Of a stretch of DNA of 64,000 nucleotides, positions 1-12,054 are shown piece after piece. A model generated the notes under the pieces. It did no database searches. It was not told the origin of the DNA and saw nothing but the letters and a program-made list of their open reading frames with translations. The DNA is from Eledone cirrhosa (Eukaryota). Numbering within the stretch: position 1 is the first letter of the stretch; the number at the start of each line of letters is the position of its first letter. Location of the stretch: the NCBI GenBank assembly GCA_964016885.1, contig OZ024743.1, positions 139,004,001 to 139,068,000 of the forward strand, read 5' to 3'. Both the position numbers and the translations under genes were made by a program.

Positions 1-3000
1 TGGTGCCTGGTGCTTGGTGCTTGGTGCTTGTTGTTTGGTGCTTGGTGCTTGGTGATTAGTCTTTGGTGCTTGGTGCTTGGTGTTTGGTGTTTGGTGATTG
101 GTGCTTGGTGTTTGGTGTTTGGTGCTTGGTGTTTGGTGCTTGGTGCTTGGTGCTTGGTGTTTGGTGCTGGGTGTATGGTGTTTGGTGCTTGGTGTCTAGT
201 GTTTGGGTTTTGGTGTTTGGTGCTTGGTGCTTAGTGTTTGGTGTTTGGTGATTGGTGCTTGGTGTTTGGTGTTTGGTGCTTGGTGTTTGGTGCTTGGTGC
301 TTTGAGCTTGGTGTTTGGTGCTGGGTGTATGGTGTTTGGTGCTTGGTGCTTGGTGCTTGGTGTTTGGTGTTTGGTGCTTGGTACTTGGTGTTTGGTGTTT
401 GATGCTTGGTGTTTGATGCTTGTTGCTTGGTGCTTGGTGTTTTGTGTTTGGTGTTTGGTGCTTGGTGTATGTACTTGGTGCTTGGTGCTTGGTGTTTGGT
501 GCTTGGTTCTTGGTGTTTGGTGCTTGGTGCTTGGTCTTTGGTGCTTGATGTTTGGTGTTTGGTGCTTGGTGTTTGGTACTTGGTGCTTGGTGCTTGGTGT
601 TTGGTGCTTGGTTCTTGGTTTTTGGTGCTTGGTGCTTGGTGCTTGGTGTTTGGTGCTTGGTACTTGGTGTTTGGTGCTTGGTGTTTGGTGTTTGGTGCTT
701 GGTGTTTGGTACTTGGTGCTTGGTGCTTGGTGTTAAGTGTTTGGTGCTTGGTGTTTGGTGCTTCGTGCTTGGTGCTTGGTGTTTGGTGCATGGTGCTTGG
801 TGTTTGGGGCTTGGTGCCTGGTGCTTTCTGTTTGGTGCTAGGTGCTTGGTGCTTGGTCTTTGGTGTTTGGTGCTTGGTGCTTGGTGCTTGGTGTTTGGTG
901 CTTGGTGCTTGGTGCTTGGTAATTAGTGTTTGGTGCTTGGTGCTTGGGGTTTGGTGTTTGGTGCTTGGTGCTTGGTGTTTGGTGCTTGGTGCTTGGTGCT
1001 TGGTAATTAGTGTTTGGTGCTTGGTGTTTGGTGTTTGCTGTATGGTGTTTGCTGTTTCGTGTTTGGTGTTTGGTGTTTGGTGTTTAATGCTTGGTGCTTG
1101 GTGTTTGGTGTTTGGTGTTTGGTGCTTGGTGCTTGGTGTTTGGTGCTTGGTGCTTGGTGCTGGGTGTTTGGTGCTTGGTGCTTGGTGTTTGGTGCTTGGT
1201 GCTTGATGCTTGGTGCTTGGTGTTTGGTCCTTGGTGCTTGGTGCTTGGTCTTTGGTGCTTGGGGTTTGGTGTTTGGTGCTTGGTGCTTGGTGTTTGGTGC
1301 TTGGTGCTTGGTGCTTGGTGCTTGGTGTTTGGTGCTTGCTGCTTGGTGCTTGGTGTTTGGTGCTTGGTGCTTGGTGATTAGTGTTTGGTGCATGGTGCTT
1401 GGTGTTTGTTGTTTGGTGCTTGGTGCTTGGTGTTTGGTGCTTGGTGCTTGCTGTTTGGTGTTTGGTGTTTGGTGCTTGGTGCTTGGTGTTTGGTGTTTGG
1501 TGTTTGGTGCTTGGTGCTTGGTGTTTGGTACTTGGTGCTTGGTGCTTGGTGTTAAGTGTTTGGTGCTTGGTGCTTGGTGTTTGGTGCTTCGTGCTTGGTG
1601 CTTGGTGTTTGGTGCATGGTGCTTGGTGTTTGGGGCTTGGTGCCTGGGGCTTTGTGTTTGGTGCTAGGTGCTTGGTGCTTGGTGTTTGGTGTTTGGTGCT
1701 TGGTGCTCGGTGCTTGGTGTTTGGTGCTTGATGCTTGGTGCTTGGTTATTAGTGTTTGGTGCTTGGTGCTTGGGGTTTGGTGTTTGGTGCTTGGTGCTTG
1801 GTGTTTGGTGTTTGCTGTATGGTGTTTGCTGTTTCGTGTTTGGTGTTTGCTGTTTGGTGTTTAATGCTTGGTGCTTGGTGCTTGGTGTTTGGTGCTTGGT
1901 GCTTGGTGCTTGGTGTTTGGCGTTTGCTCTTTGCTGTTTGGTGTTTGGTGCTTGCTGTTTGGTGTTTGGTGTTTGGTGTTTGGTGTTTGGTGCTTGCTGT
2001 TTGGTGCTTGGTGCTTGGTGTTTGGTGTTTGGTGTTTGGTGCTTGGTGCTTGGTGTTTGGTGGTTGGTGCTTGGTGCTGGGTGTTTGGTGCTAGGTGCTT
2101 GGTGTTTGGTGCTTGGTGCTTGGTGCTTGGTGCTTGGTCTTTGGTGCTTGGTGTTTGGTGCTTGGTGCTTGGTGCTTGGTGTTTGGTGCTTGGGGCTTGG
2201 TGTTTGGTGCTTGGTGATTGCTGCTTGGTGTTTGGTGTTTGGTGCTTGGTGCTTGGTGCTTGGTGATTAGTGTTTGGTGCTTGGTGCTTGGTGCCTTGTG
2301 CTTGGTGTTTGGTGCTTGTTGTTTGGTGCTTGGTGCTTGGTGATTAGTGTTTGGTGCTTGGTGCTTGGTGCCTGGTGCTTGGTGCTTGTTGTTTGGTGCT
2401 TGGTGCTTGGTGATTAGTGTTTGGTGCTTGGTGCTTGGGGCTTGGTGTTTGGTGCTTGGTGCTTGGTGCTTGCTGTTTGGTGGTTGCTGTTTGGTGCTTG
2501 GTGTTTGGTGCTTGGTGCTTGGTGCTTGATTTTTGGTGCTTGGTGCTTGGTGCTTGGTGTTTGGTGCTTGGTGCTTGGTGCTTGTTGTTTGGTGCTTGGT
2601 GCTTGGTCTTTGGTGCTTGGTGTTTGGTGTTTGGTGCTTGGTGCTTGATGTTTGGTGCTTGGTGCCTGGTGCTTGGTGTTTGGTGCTTGGTGCTTGGTGT
2701 TTGCTGATTGGTGCTTGGTGCTTGGTGCTTGGTGCTTAGTGCTTGGTGTTTGGTGTTTGGTGCTTGGTGTTTGGTGTTTGGTGTTTGATGCTTGGTTTTT
2801 GCTGCTTGGTGCTTGGTGCTTGGTGCTTGGTGTTCTGTATTTGGTGCTTGGTGCTTGGTGCCTGGTGCTTGGTGCTTGGTGCTTGTTGTTTGGTGCTTGG
2901 TGCTTGGTGATTAGTCTTTGGTGCTTGGTGTTTGGTGTTTGGTGTTTCGTGCTTGGTGTCTAGTGTTTCGTGTTTGGTGCTTGGTGCTTGGTGTTTGGTG

Positions 3001-3175
3001 TTTGGTGCTTGGTGTTTGGTGCTTGGTGCTTTGAGCTTGGTGTTTGGTGCTGGGTGTATGGTGTTTGGTGCTTGGTGCTTGGTGCTTGGTGTTTGGTGTT
3101 TGGTGCTTGGTACTTGGTGTTTGGTGTTTGATGCTTGGTGTTTGATGCTTGTTGCTTGGTGCTTGGTGTTTTGTG

Positions 3176-3780
3176 TTTGGTGTTTGGTGCTTGGTGTATG
3201 TACTTGGTGCTTGGTGCTTGGTGTTTGGTGCTTGGTTCTTGGTGTTTGGTGCTTGGTGCTTGGTGTTTGGTGTTAGGTGTTTGGTGTTTGGTGCTTGGTG
3301 TTTGGTACTTGGTGCTTGGTGCTTGGTGTTTGGTGCTTGGTTCTTGGTTTTTGGTGCTTGGTGCTTGATGCTTGGTGTTTGGTGCTTGGTACTTGGTGTT
3401 TGGTGCTTGGTGTTAAGTGTTTGGTGCTTGGTGTTTGGTGCTTCGTGCTTGGTGCTTGGTGTTTGGTGCATGGTGCTTGGTGTTTGGTGCTTGGTGTATG
3501 TACTTGGTGCTTGGTGCTTGGTGTTTGGTGCTTGGTTCTTGGTGTTTGGTGCTTGGTGCTTGGTGTTTGGTGTTAGGTGTTTGGTGTTTGGTGCTTGGTG
3601 TTTGGTACTTGGTGCTTGGTGCTTGGTGTTTGGTGCTTGGTTCTTGGTTTTTGGTGCTTGGTGCTTGATGCTTGGTGCTTGGTGTTTGGTACTTGGTGCT
3701 TGGTGCTTGGTGTTAAGTGTTTGGTGCTTGGTGTTTGGTGCTTCGTGCTTGGTGCTTGGTGTTTGGTGCATGGTGCTTGG
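3176..3780 (+). repeat. Local tandem duplication, 300-bp period (43 units minus 1 nt)
   Basis: Lines 3181, 3241, 3301 and 3421 match lines 3481, 3541, 3601 and 3721. The ATGTAC marker is at 3198 and 3498. A related pair has a 272-bp period (ATGTAC at 6701 and 6973). Confidence 0.9.
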
Positions 3781-6700
3781 TGTTTGGGGCTTGGTGCCTG
3801 GTGCTTTCTGTTTGGTGCTAGGTGCTTGGTGCATGGTCTTTAGTGTTTGGTGCTTGGTGCTTGCTGCTTGGTGTTTGGTGCTTGGTGCTTGGTGCTTGGT
3901 AATTAGTGTTTAGTGCTTGGTGCTTGGGGTTTGGTGTTTGGTGCTTGGTGCTTGGTGTTTGGTGTTTGCTGTATGGTGTTTGCTGTTTCGTGTTTGGTGT
4001 TTGGTGTTTGGTGTTTAATGCTTGGTGCTTGGTGTTCGGTGTTTGGTGTTTGGTGCTTGGTGCTTGGTGTTTGGTGCTTGGTGCTTGGTGCTGGGTGTTT
4101 GGTGCTTGGTGCTTGGTGTTTGGTGCTTGGTGCTTGATGCTTGGTGCTTGGTGTTTGGTCCTTGGTGCTTGGTGCTCGGTCTTTGGTGCTTGGGGTTTGG
4201 TGTTTGGTGCTTGGTGCTTGGTGTTTGGTTCTTGGTGCTTGGTGCTTGGTGTTTGGTGTTTGGTGCTTGCTGCTTGGTGCTTGGTGTTTGGTGTTTGATG
4301 TTTGGTGCTTGGTGCTTGGTGTTTGGTGCTTGGTGTTTGGTGCTTGGTGTATGTACTTGGTGCTTGGTGCTTGGTGTTTGGTGCTTGGTTCTTGGTGTTT
4401 GGTGCTTGGTGCTTGGTGCTTGGTGTTTGGTGCTTGGTGCTTGGTGTTTGGTACTTGGTGCTTGGTGTTTGGTGTTTGGTGCTTGGTGTTTGGTGCTTGG
4501 TGCTTGGTGTTTGGTGTTAAGTGTTTGGTGCTTGGTGCTTCGTGTTTGGTGCTTGGTGCTTGGTGCTTGGTGCTTGGTGTTTGGTGCATGGTGCTTGATG
4601 TTTGGGGCTTGGTGCCTGGTGCTTGGTGTTTGGTGCTTGGTGCTTGGTGCTTGGTGTTTGGTGTTTGGTGCTTGGTGCTTGGTGTTCGGTGCTTGGTGCT
4701 TGGTGCTTGGTACTTGGTGTTAGGTTTTTGGTGCTTGGGGCTTGGTGTTTGCTGTTTGGTGCTTGGTGCTTGGTGTTTGGTGTTTGGTGTTTGGTGTTTG
4801 GTGCTTTGTGCTTGGTGTTTGGTGCTGGGTGTATGGTGTTTGGTGCCTGGTGCTTGGTGCTTGGTGTTTGGTGTTTGGTGCTTGGTACTTGGTGTTTGGT
4901 GTTTGATGCTTGGTGTTTGATGCTTGTTGCTTGGTGCTTGGTGTTTTGTGTTTGGTGTTTGGTGCTTGGTGTATGTACTTGGTGCTTGGTGCTTGGTGTT
5001 TGGTGCTTGGTTCTTGGTGTTTGGTGCTTGGTGCTTGGTGTTTGGTGTTTGGTGCTTGGTGCTTGGTGTTTGGTGCTTGGTGTTTGGTGTTTGGTGCTTG
5101 GTGTTTGGTACTTGGTGCTTGGTGCTTGGTTTTAAGTGTTTAGTGCTTGGTGCTTGGTGTTTGGTGCCTCGTGCTTGGTGCTTGGTGTTTGGTGCATGGT
5201 GCTTGGTGTTTGGGGCTTGGTGCCTGGTGCTTTCTGTTTGGTGCTAGGTGCTTGGTGCTTGGTCTTTGGTGATTGGTGCTTGGTGCTTGGTGCTTGGTGT
5301 TTGGTGCTTGGTGCTTGGAGCTTGGTTATTAGTGTTTGGTGCTTGGTGCTTGGGGTTTGGTGTTTGGTGCTTGGTGCTTGGTGTTTGGTGTTTGCTGTAT
5401 GGTGTTTGCTGTTTCGTGTTTGGTGTTTGCTGTTTGGTGTTTAATGCTTGGTGCTTGGTGCTTGGTGTTTGGTGGTTGGTGCTTGGTGCTTGGTGATTGG
5501 CGTTTGCTCTTTGCTGTTTGGTGTTTGGTGCTTGCTGTTTGGTGTTTGGTGTTTGGTGTTTGGTGTTTGGTGCTTGCTGTTTGGTGCTTGGTGCTTGGTG
5601 TTTGGTGTTTGGTGTTTGGTGCTTGGTGCTTGGTGTTTGGTGGTTGGTGCTTGGTGCTGGGTGTTTGGTGCTTGGTGCTTGGTGTTTGGTGCTTGGTGCT
5701 TGGTGCTTGGTGCTTGGTCTTTGGTGCTTGGTGTTTGGTGTTTGGTGCTTGGTGCTTGGTGTTTGGTGCTTGGGGCTTGGTGTTTGGTGCTTGGTGATTG
5801 CTGCTTGGTGTTTGGTGTTTGGTGCTTGGTGCTTGTTGCTTGGTGATTAGTGTTTGGTGCTTGGTGCTTGGTGCCTTGTGCTTGGTGCTTGGTGCTTGTT
5901 GTTTGGTGCTTGGTGCTTGATGATTAGTGTTTGGTGCTTGGTGCTTGGTGCCTGGTGCTTGGTGCTTGTTGTTTGGTGCTTGGTGCTTGGTGATTAGTGT
6001 TTGGTGCCTGGTGCTTGGTGCTTGCTGTTTGGTGGTTGCTGTTTGGTGCTTGGTGTTTGGTGCTTGGTGCTTGGTGCTGGGTGGTTGGTGTTTGGTGCTT
6101 GGTGCTTGGTGTTTGGTGCTTGGTGCTTGGTGCTTGTTGTTTGGTGCTTGGTGATTGGTCTTTGGTGCTTGGTGTTTGGTGTTTGGTGCTTGGTGCTTGG
6201 TGCTTGGTTTTTGGTGCTTGGTGCTTGGTGCTTGGTGTTTGGTGCTTGGTGCTTGGTGCTTGTTGTTTGGTGTTTGGTGCTTGGTGCTTGGTGTTTGGTG
6301 CTTGGTGCCTGGTGCTTGGTGTTTGGTGCTTGGTGCTTGGTGTTTGCTGATTGGTGCTTGGTGCTTGGTGCTTAGTGCTTGGTGTTTGGTGTTTGGTGTT
6401 TGGTGTTTCGTGCTTGGTGTCTAGTGTTTGGGTTTTGGTGTTTGGTGCTTGGTGCTTAGTGTTTGGTGTTTGGTGCGTGGTGCTTGGTGTTTGGTGTTTG
6501 GTGCTTGGTGTTTGGTGCTGGGTGCTTTGTGCTTGGTGTTTGGTGCTGGGTGTATGGTGTTTGGTGCTTGGTGCTTGGTGCTTGGTGCTTGGTGTTTGGT
6601 GTTTGGTGCTTGGTACTTGGTGTTTGGTGTTTGATGCTTGGTGTTTGATGCTTGTTGCTTGGTGCTTGGTGTTTTGTGTTTGGTGTTTGGTGCTTGGTGT

Positions 6701-8115
6701 ATGTACTTGGTGCTTGGTGCTTGGTGTTTGGTGCTTGGTTCTTGGTGTTTGGTGCTTGGTGCTTGGTGTTTGGTGTTAGGTGTTTGGTGTTTGGTGCTTG
6801 GTGTTTGGTACTTGGTGCTTGGTGCTTGGTGTTTGGTGCTTGGTTCTTGGTTTTTGGTGCTTGGTGCTTGATGCTTGGTGCTTGGTGTTTGGTACTTGGT
6901 GCTTGGTGCTTGGTGTTAAGTGTTTGGTGCTTGGTGTTTGGTGCATGGTGCTTGGTGTTTGGTGCTTGGTGTATGTACTTGGTGCTTGGTGCTTGGTGTT
7001 TGGTGCTTGGTTCTTGGTGTTTGGTGCTTGGTGCTTGGTGTTTGGTGTTAGGTGTTTGGTGTTTGGTGCTTGGTGTTTGGTACTTGGTGCTTGGTGCTTG
7101 GTGTTTGGTGCTTGGTTCTTGGTTTTTGGTGCTTGGTGCTTGATGCTTGGTGCTTGGTGTTTGGTACTTGGTGCTTGGTGCTTGGTGTTAAGTGTTTGGT
7201 GCTTGGTGTTTGGTGCTTCGTGCTTGGTGCTTGGTGTTTGGTGCATGGTGCTTGGTGTTTGGGGCTTGGTGCCTGGTGCTTTCTGTTTGGTGCTAGGTGC
7301 TTGGTGCATGGTCTTTAGTGTTTGGTGCTTGGTGCTTGCTGCTTGGTGTTTGGTGCTTGGTGCTTGGTGCTTGGTAATTAGTGTTTAGTGCTTGGTGCTT
7401 GGGGTTTGGTGTTTGGTGCTTGGTGCTTGGTGTTTGGTGTTTGCTGTATGGTGTTTGCTGTTTCGTGTTTGGTGTTTGGTGTTTGGTGTTTAATGCTTGG
7501 TGCTTGGTGTTCGGTGTTTGGTGTTTGGTGCTTGGTGCTTGGTGTTTGGTGCTTGGTGCTTGGTGCTGGGTGTTTGGTGCTTGGTGCTTGGTGTTTGGTG
7601 CTTGGTGCTTGATGCTTGGTGCTTGGTGTTTGGTCCTTGGTGCTTGGTGCTCGGTCTTTGGTGCTTGGGGTTTGGTGTTTGGTGCTTGGTGCTTGGTGTT
7701 TGGTGCTTGGTGCTTGGTGCTTGGTGTTTGGTGTTTGGTGCTTGCTGCTTGGTGCTTGGTGTTTGGTGTTTGGTGTTTGGTGCTTGGTGCTTGGTGTTTG
7801 GTGCTTGGTGTTTGGTGCTTGGTGTATGTACTTGGTGCTTGGTGCTTGGTGTTTGGTGCTTGGTTCTTGGTGTTTGGTGCTTGGTGCTTGGTGCTTGGTG
7901 TTTGGTGCTTGGTGCTTGGTGTTTGGTACTTGGTGCTTGGTGTTTGGTGTTTGGTGCTTGGTGATTGGTGCTTGGTGCTTGGTGTTTGGTGTTAAGTGTT
8001 TGGTGCTTGGTGCTTCGTGTTTGGTGCTTGGTGCTTGGTGCTTGGTGCTTGGTGTTTGGTGCATGGTGCTTGATGTTTGGGGCTTGGTGCCTGGTGCTTG
8101 GTGTTTGGTGCTTGG
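3480..8115 (+). repeat. Higher-order direct repeat: ~3480-4640 recurs at ~6955-8115 (offset 3475)
   Basis: Near-identical ORF translations at 3903..4589(-)/7378..8064(-), 3577/7052 and 3913/7388. The rare markers GCATGGTCTTTAG and GTAATTAGTGTTTAG are shared. Confidence 0.88.
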
Positions 8116-9780
8116 TGTTTGGTACTTGGTGCTTGGTGCTTGGTTTTAAGTGTTTAGTGCTTGGTGCTTGGTGTTTGGTGCCTCGTGCTTGGTGCTTGGT
8201 GTTTGGTGCATGGTGCTTGGTGTTTGGGGCTTGGTGCCTGGTGCTTTCTGTTTGGTGCTAGGTGCTTGGTGCTTGGTCTTTGGTGATTGGTGCTTGGTGC
8301 TTGGTGCTTGGTGTTTGGTGCTTGGTGCTTGGAGCTTGGTTATTAGTGTTTGGTGCTTGGTGCTTGGGGTTTGGTGTTTGGTGCTTGGTGCTTGGTGTTT
8401 GGTGTTTGCTGTATGGTGTTTGCTGTTTCGTGTTTGGTGTTTGCTGTTTGGTGTTTAATGCTTGGTGCTTGGTGCTTGGTGTTTGGTGGTTGGTGCTTGG
8501 TGCTTGGTGATTGGCGTTTGCTCTTTGCTGTTTGGTGTTTGGTGCTTGCTGTTTGGTGTTTGGTGTTTGGTGTTTGGTGTTTGGTGCTTGCTGTTTGGTG
8601 CTTGGTGCTTGGTGTTTGGTGTTTGGTGTTTGGTGCTTGGTGCTTGGTGTTTGGTGGTTGGTGCTTGGTGCTGGGTGTTTGGTGCTTGGTGCTTGGTGTT
8701 TGGTGCTTGGTGCTTGGTGCTTGGTGCTTGGTCTTTGGTGCTTGGTGTTTGGTGTTTGGTGCTTGGTGCTTGGTGTTTGGTGCTTGGGGCTTGGTGTTTG
8801 GTGCTTGGTGATTGCTGCTTGGTGTTTGGTGTTTGGTGCTTGGTGCTTGTTGCTTGGTGATTAGTGTTTGGTGCTTGGTGCTTGGTGCCTTGTGCTTGGT
8901 GCTTGGTGCTTGTTGTTTGGTGCTTGGTGCTTGATGATTAGTGTTTGGTGCTTGGTGCTTGGTGCCTGGTGCTTGGTGCTTGTTGTTTGGTGCTTGGTGC
9001 TTGGTGATTAGTGTTTGGTGCCTGGTGCTTGGTGCTTGCTGTTTGGTGGTTGCTGTTTGGTGCTTGGTGTTTGGTGCTTGGTGCTTGGTGCTGGGTGGTT
9101 GGTGTTTGGTGCTTGGTGCTTGGTGTTTGGTGCTTGGTGCTTGGTGCGTGTTGTTTGGTGCTTGGTGATTGGTCTTTGGTGCTTGGTGTTTGGTGTTTGG
9201 TGCTTGGTGCTTGGTGCTTGGTTTTTGGTGCTTGGTGCTTGGTGCTTGGTGTTTGGTGCTTGGTGCTTGGTGCTTGTTGTTTGGTGTTTGGTGCTTGGTG
9301 CTTGGTGTTTGGTGCTTGGTGCCTGGTGCTTGGTGTTTGGTGCTTGGTGCTTGGTGTTTGCTGATTGGTGCTTGGTGCTTGGTGCTTAGTGCTTGGTGTT
9401 TGGTGTTTGGTGTTTGGTGTTTCGTGCTTGGTGTCTAGTGTTTGGGTTTTGGTGTTTGGTGCTTGGTGCTTAGTGTTTGGTGTTTGGTGCTTGGTGCTTG
9501 GTGTTTGGTGTTTGGTGCTTGGTGTTTGGTGCTGGGTGCTTTGTGCTTGGTGTTTGGTGCTGGGTGTATGGTGTTTGGTGCTTGGTGCTTGGTGCTTGGT
9601 GCTTGGTGTTTGGTGTTTGGTGCTTGGTACTTGGTGTTTGGTGTTTGATGCTTGGTGTTTGATGCTTGTTGCTTGGTGCTTGGTGTTTTGTGTTTGGTGT
9701 TTGGTGCTTGGTGTATGTACTTGGTGCTTGGTGCTTGGTGTTTGGTGCTTGGTTCTTGGTGTTTGGTGCTTGGTGCTTGG
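5090..9780 (+). repeat. Higher-order direct repeat: ~5090-6765 recurs at ~8105-9780 (offset 3014 = 431 units minus 3 nt)
   Basis: ORF pairs 5136/8150, 5336/8350, 5497/8511, 5927/8941 and 6428/9442 are all offset by 3014 with near-identical translations. Confidence 0.9.
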
Positions 9781-10514
9781 TATTTGGTGCTTGGTGTTTG
9801 GTGTTTGGTGCTTGGTGTTTGGTACTTGGTGCTTGGTGCTTGGTGTTAAGTGTTTGGTGCTTGGTGCTTGGTGTTTGGTGCTTCGTGCTTGGTTCTTGGT
9901 GTTTGGTGCATGGTGCTTGGTGTTTGGGGCTTGGTGCCTGGTGCTTTGTGTTTGGTGCTAGGTGATTGGTGCTTGGTCTTTGGTGTTTGGTGCTTGGTGC
10001 TTGGTGCTTGGTGTTTGGTGCTTGGTGCTTGGTGCTTGGTTATTAGTGTTTGGTGCTTGGTGCTTGGGGTTTGGTGTTTGGTGCTTGGTGCTTGGTGTTT
10101 GGTGTTTGCTGTATGGAGTTTGCTGTTTCTTGTTTGGTGTTTGCTGTTTGGTGTTTAATGCTTGGTGCTTGGTGCTTGGTGTTTGGTGCTTGGTGCTTGG
10201 TGCTTGGTGTTTGGCGTTTGCTCTTTGCTGTTTGGTGTTTGGTGCTTGCTGTTTGGTGTTTGGTGTTTGGTGTTTGGTGTTTGGTGCTTGCTGTTTGGTG
10301 CTTGGTGCTTGGTGCTGGGTGTTTGGTGCTTGGTGCTGGGTGTTTGGTGCTTGGTGCTTGGTGTTTGGTCCTTGGTGCTTGGTGCTTGGTCTTTGGTGCT
10401 TGGGGTTTGGTGTTTGGTGCTTGGTGCTTGGTGTTTGGTGCTTGGTGCTTGGTGCTTGGTGTTTGGTGTTTGGTGCTTGCTGCTTGGTGCTTGGTGTTTG
10501 GTGCTTGGTCCTTG

Positions 10515-11020
10515 GTGATTAGTGTTTGGTGCATGGTGCTTGGTGTTTGTTGTCTGGTGCTTGGTGCTTGGTGTTTGGTGCTTGGTGCTTGCTGTTTGGT
10601 GTTTGGTGTTTGGTGCTTGGTGCTTGGTGTTTGGTGCTTGGTGTTTGGTTCGTGGTGTATGTACTTGGTGCTTGGTGCTTGGTGTTTGGTGCTTGGTTCT
10701 TGGTGTTTGGTACTTGGTGTTTGGTGTTTGGTGCTTGGTGTTTGGTGCTTGGTGTTTGGTGCTTGGTGCTTGTTGTTTGGTACTTGGTGCTTGGTGATTA
10801 GTGTTTGGTGCATGGTGCTTGGTGTTTGTTGTTTGGTGCTTGGTGCTTGGTGTTTGGTGCTTGGTGCTTCCTGTTTGGTGTTTGGTGTTTGGTGCTTGGT
10901 GCTTGGTGTTTGGTGCTTGGTGTTTGGTTCTTGGTGTATGTACTTGGTGCTTGGTGCTTGGTGTTTGGTGCTTGGTTCTTGGTGTTTGGTGCTTGGTGTT
11001 TGGTGTTTGGTGCTTGGTGT
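10515..11020 (+). repeat. Local tandem duplication, 279-bp period; homologous 258-bp pairs at ~17035-17500 and ~22986-23450
   Basis: The module GATTAGTGTTTGGTGCATGG...ATGTAC repeats at ORF starts 10522/10801, 17040/17298 and 22991/23249. 279 = 40x7-1 and 258 = 37x7-1. Confidence 0.8.
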
Positions 11021-12054
11021 TTGGTGCTTGGTGCTTGGTGCTTGGTGTTAAGAGTTTGGTGCATGGTGCTTGGTGTTTGGTGCTTCGTGCTTGGTGCTTG
11101 GTGTTTGGTGCATGGTGCTTGATGTTTGGGGCTTGGTGCCTGGTGCTTGGTGTTTGGTGCTTGGTGCTTGGTGCTTGGTGTTTGGTCTTTGGTGCTTGTT
11201 GCTTGGTGTTTGGTGCTTGGTGTTTGGTGCTTGGTGTTCAGTGCTTGGTGCTTGGTGCTTGGTACTTGGTGTTAGGTTTTTGGTGCTTGGGGCTTGGTGT
11301 TTGGCGTTTGGTGCTTGGTGCTTGGTGTTTGGTGTTTGGTGCTTGGTGTTTGGTGCTTGGTGCTTTGTGCTTGGTGTTTGGTGCTGGGTGTATGGTGTTT
11401 GGTGCTTGGTGCTTGGTGCTTGGTGTTTGGTGTTTGGTGCTTGGTACTTGGTGTTTGGTGTATGATGCTTGGTGTTTGATGCTTGTTGCTTGGTGCTTGG
11501 TGTTTTGTGTTTGGTGTTTGGTGCTTGGTGTTTGGTGCTTGGTGCTTGGTGTTTGGTGCTTGGTGTTTGGTGTTTGGTGTTTGGTGTTTGGTGCTTGGTG
11601 CTTGGTGTTTGGTGCTTGGTGCTTGGTGCTGGGTGTTTGGTGCTTGGTGCTTGGTGTTTGGTGCTTGGTGCTTGATGCTTGGTGCTTGGTGTTTGGTCCT
11701 TGGTCCTTGGTGCTTGGTCTTTGGTGCTTGGGGTTTGGTGTTTGGTGCTTGGTGCTTGGTGTTTGGTGCTTGGTGCTTGGTGCTTGGTGTTTGGTGTTTG
11801 GTGCTTGCTGCTTGGTGCTTGGTGTTTGGTGCTTGGTGCTTGGTGATTAGTGTTTGGTGCATGGTGCTTGGTGTTTGTTGTTTGGTGCTTGGTGCTTGGT
11901 GTTTGCTGCTTGGTGCTTGGTGTTTGGTGCTTGGTGTTTGGTGCTTGGTGTATGTACTTGGTGCTTGGTGCTTGGTGTTTGGTGCTTGGTTCTTGGTGTT
12001 TGGTGCTTGGTGCTTTTTGCTTGGTGTTTGGAGCTTGGTGCTTGGTGTTTGGTA

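Noticed and set aside
469-1010. Short palindromes (GTAC, TTAA, CATG, CTAG, TAATTA) as regulatory or recombination sites
   Set aside because: Any A substitution in this T/G background readily makes a 4-6 bp palindrome, and their recurrence follows block duplication.
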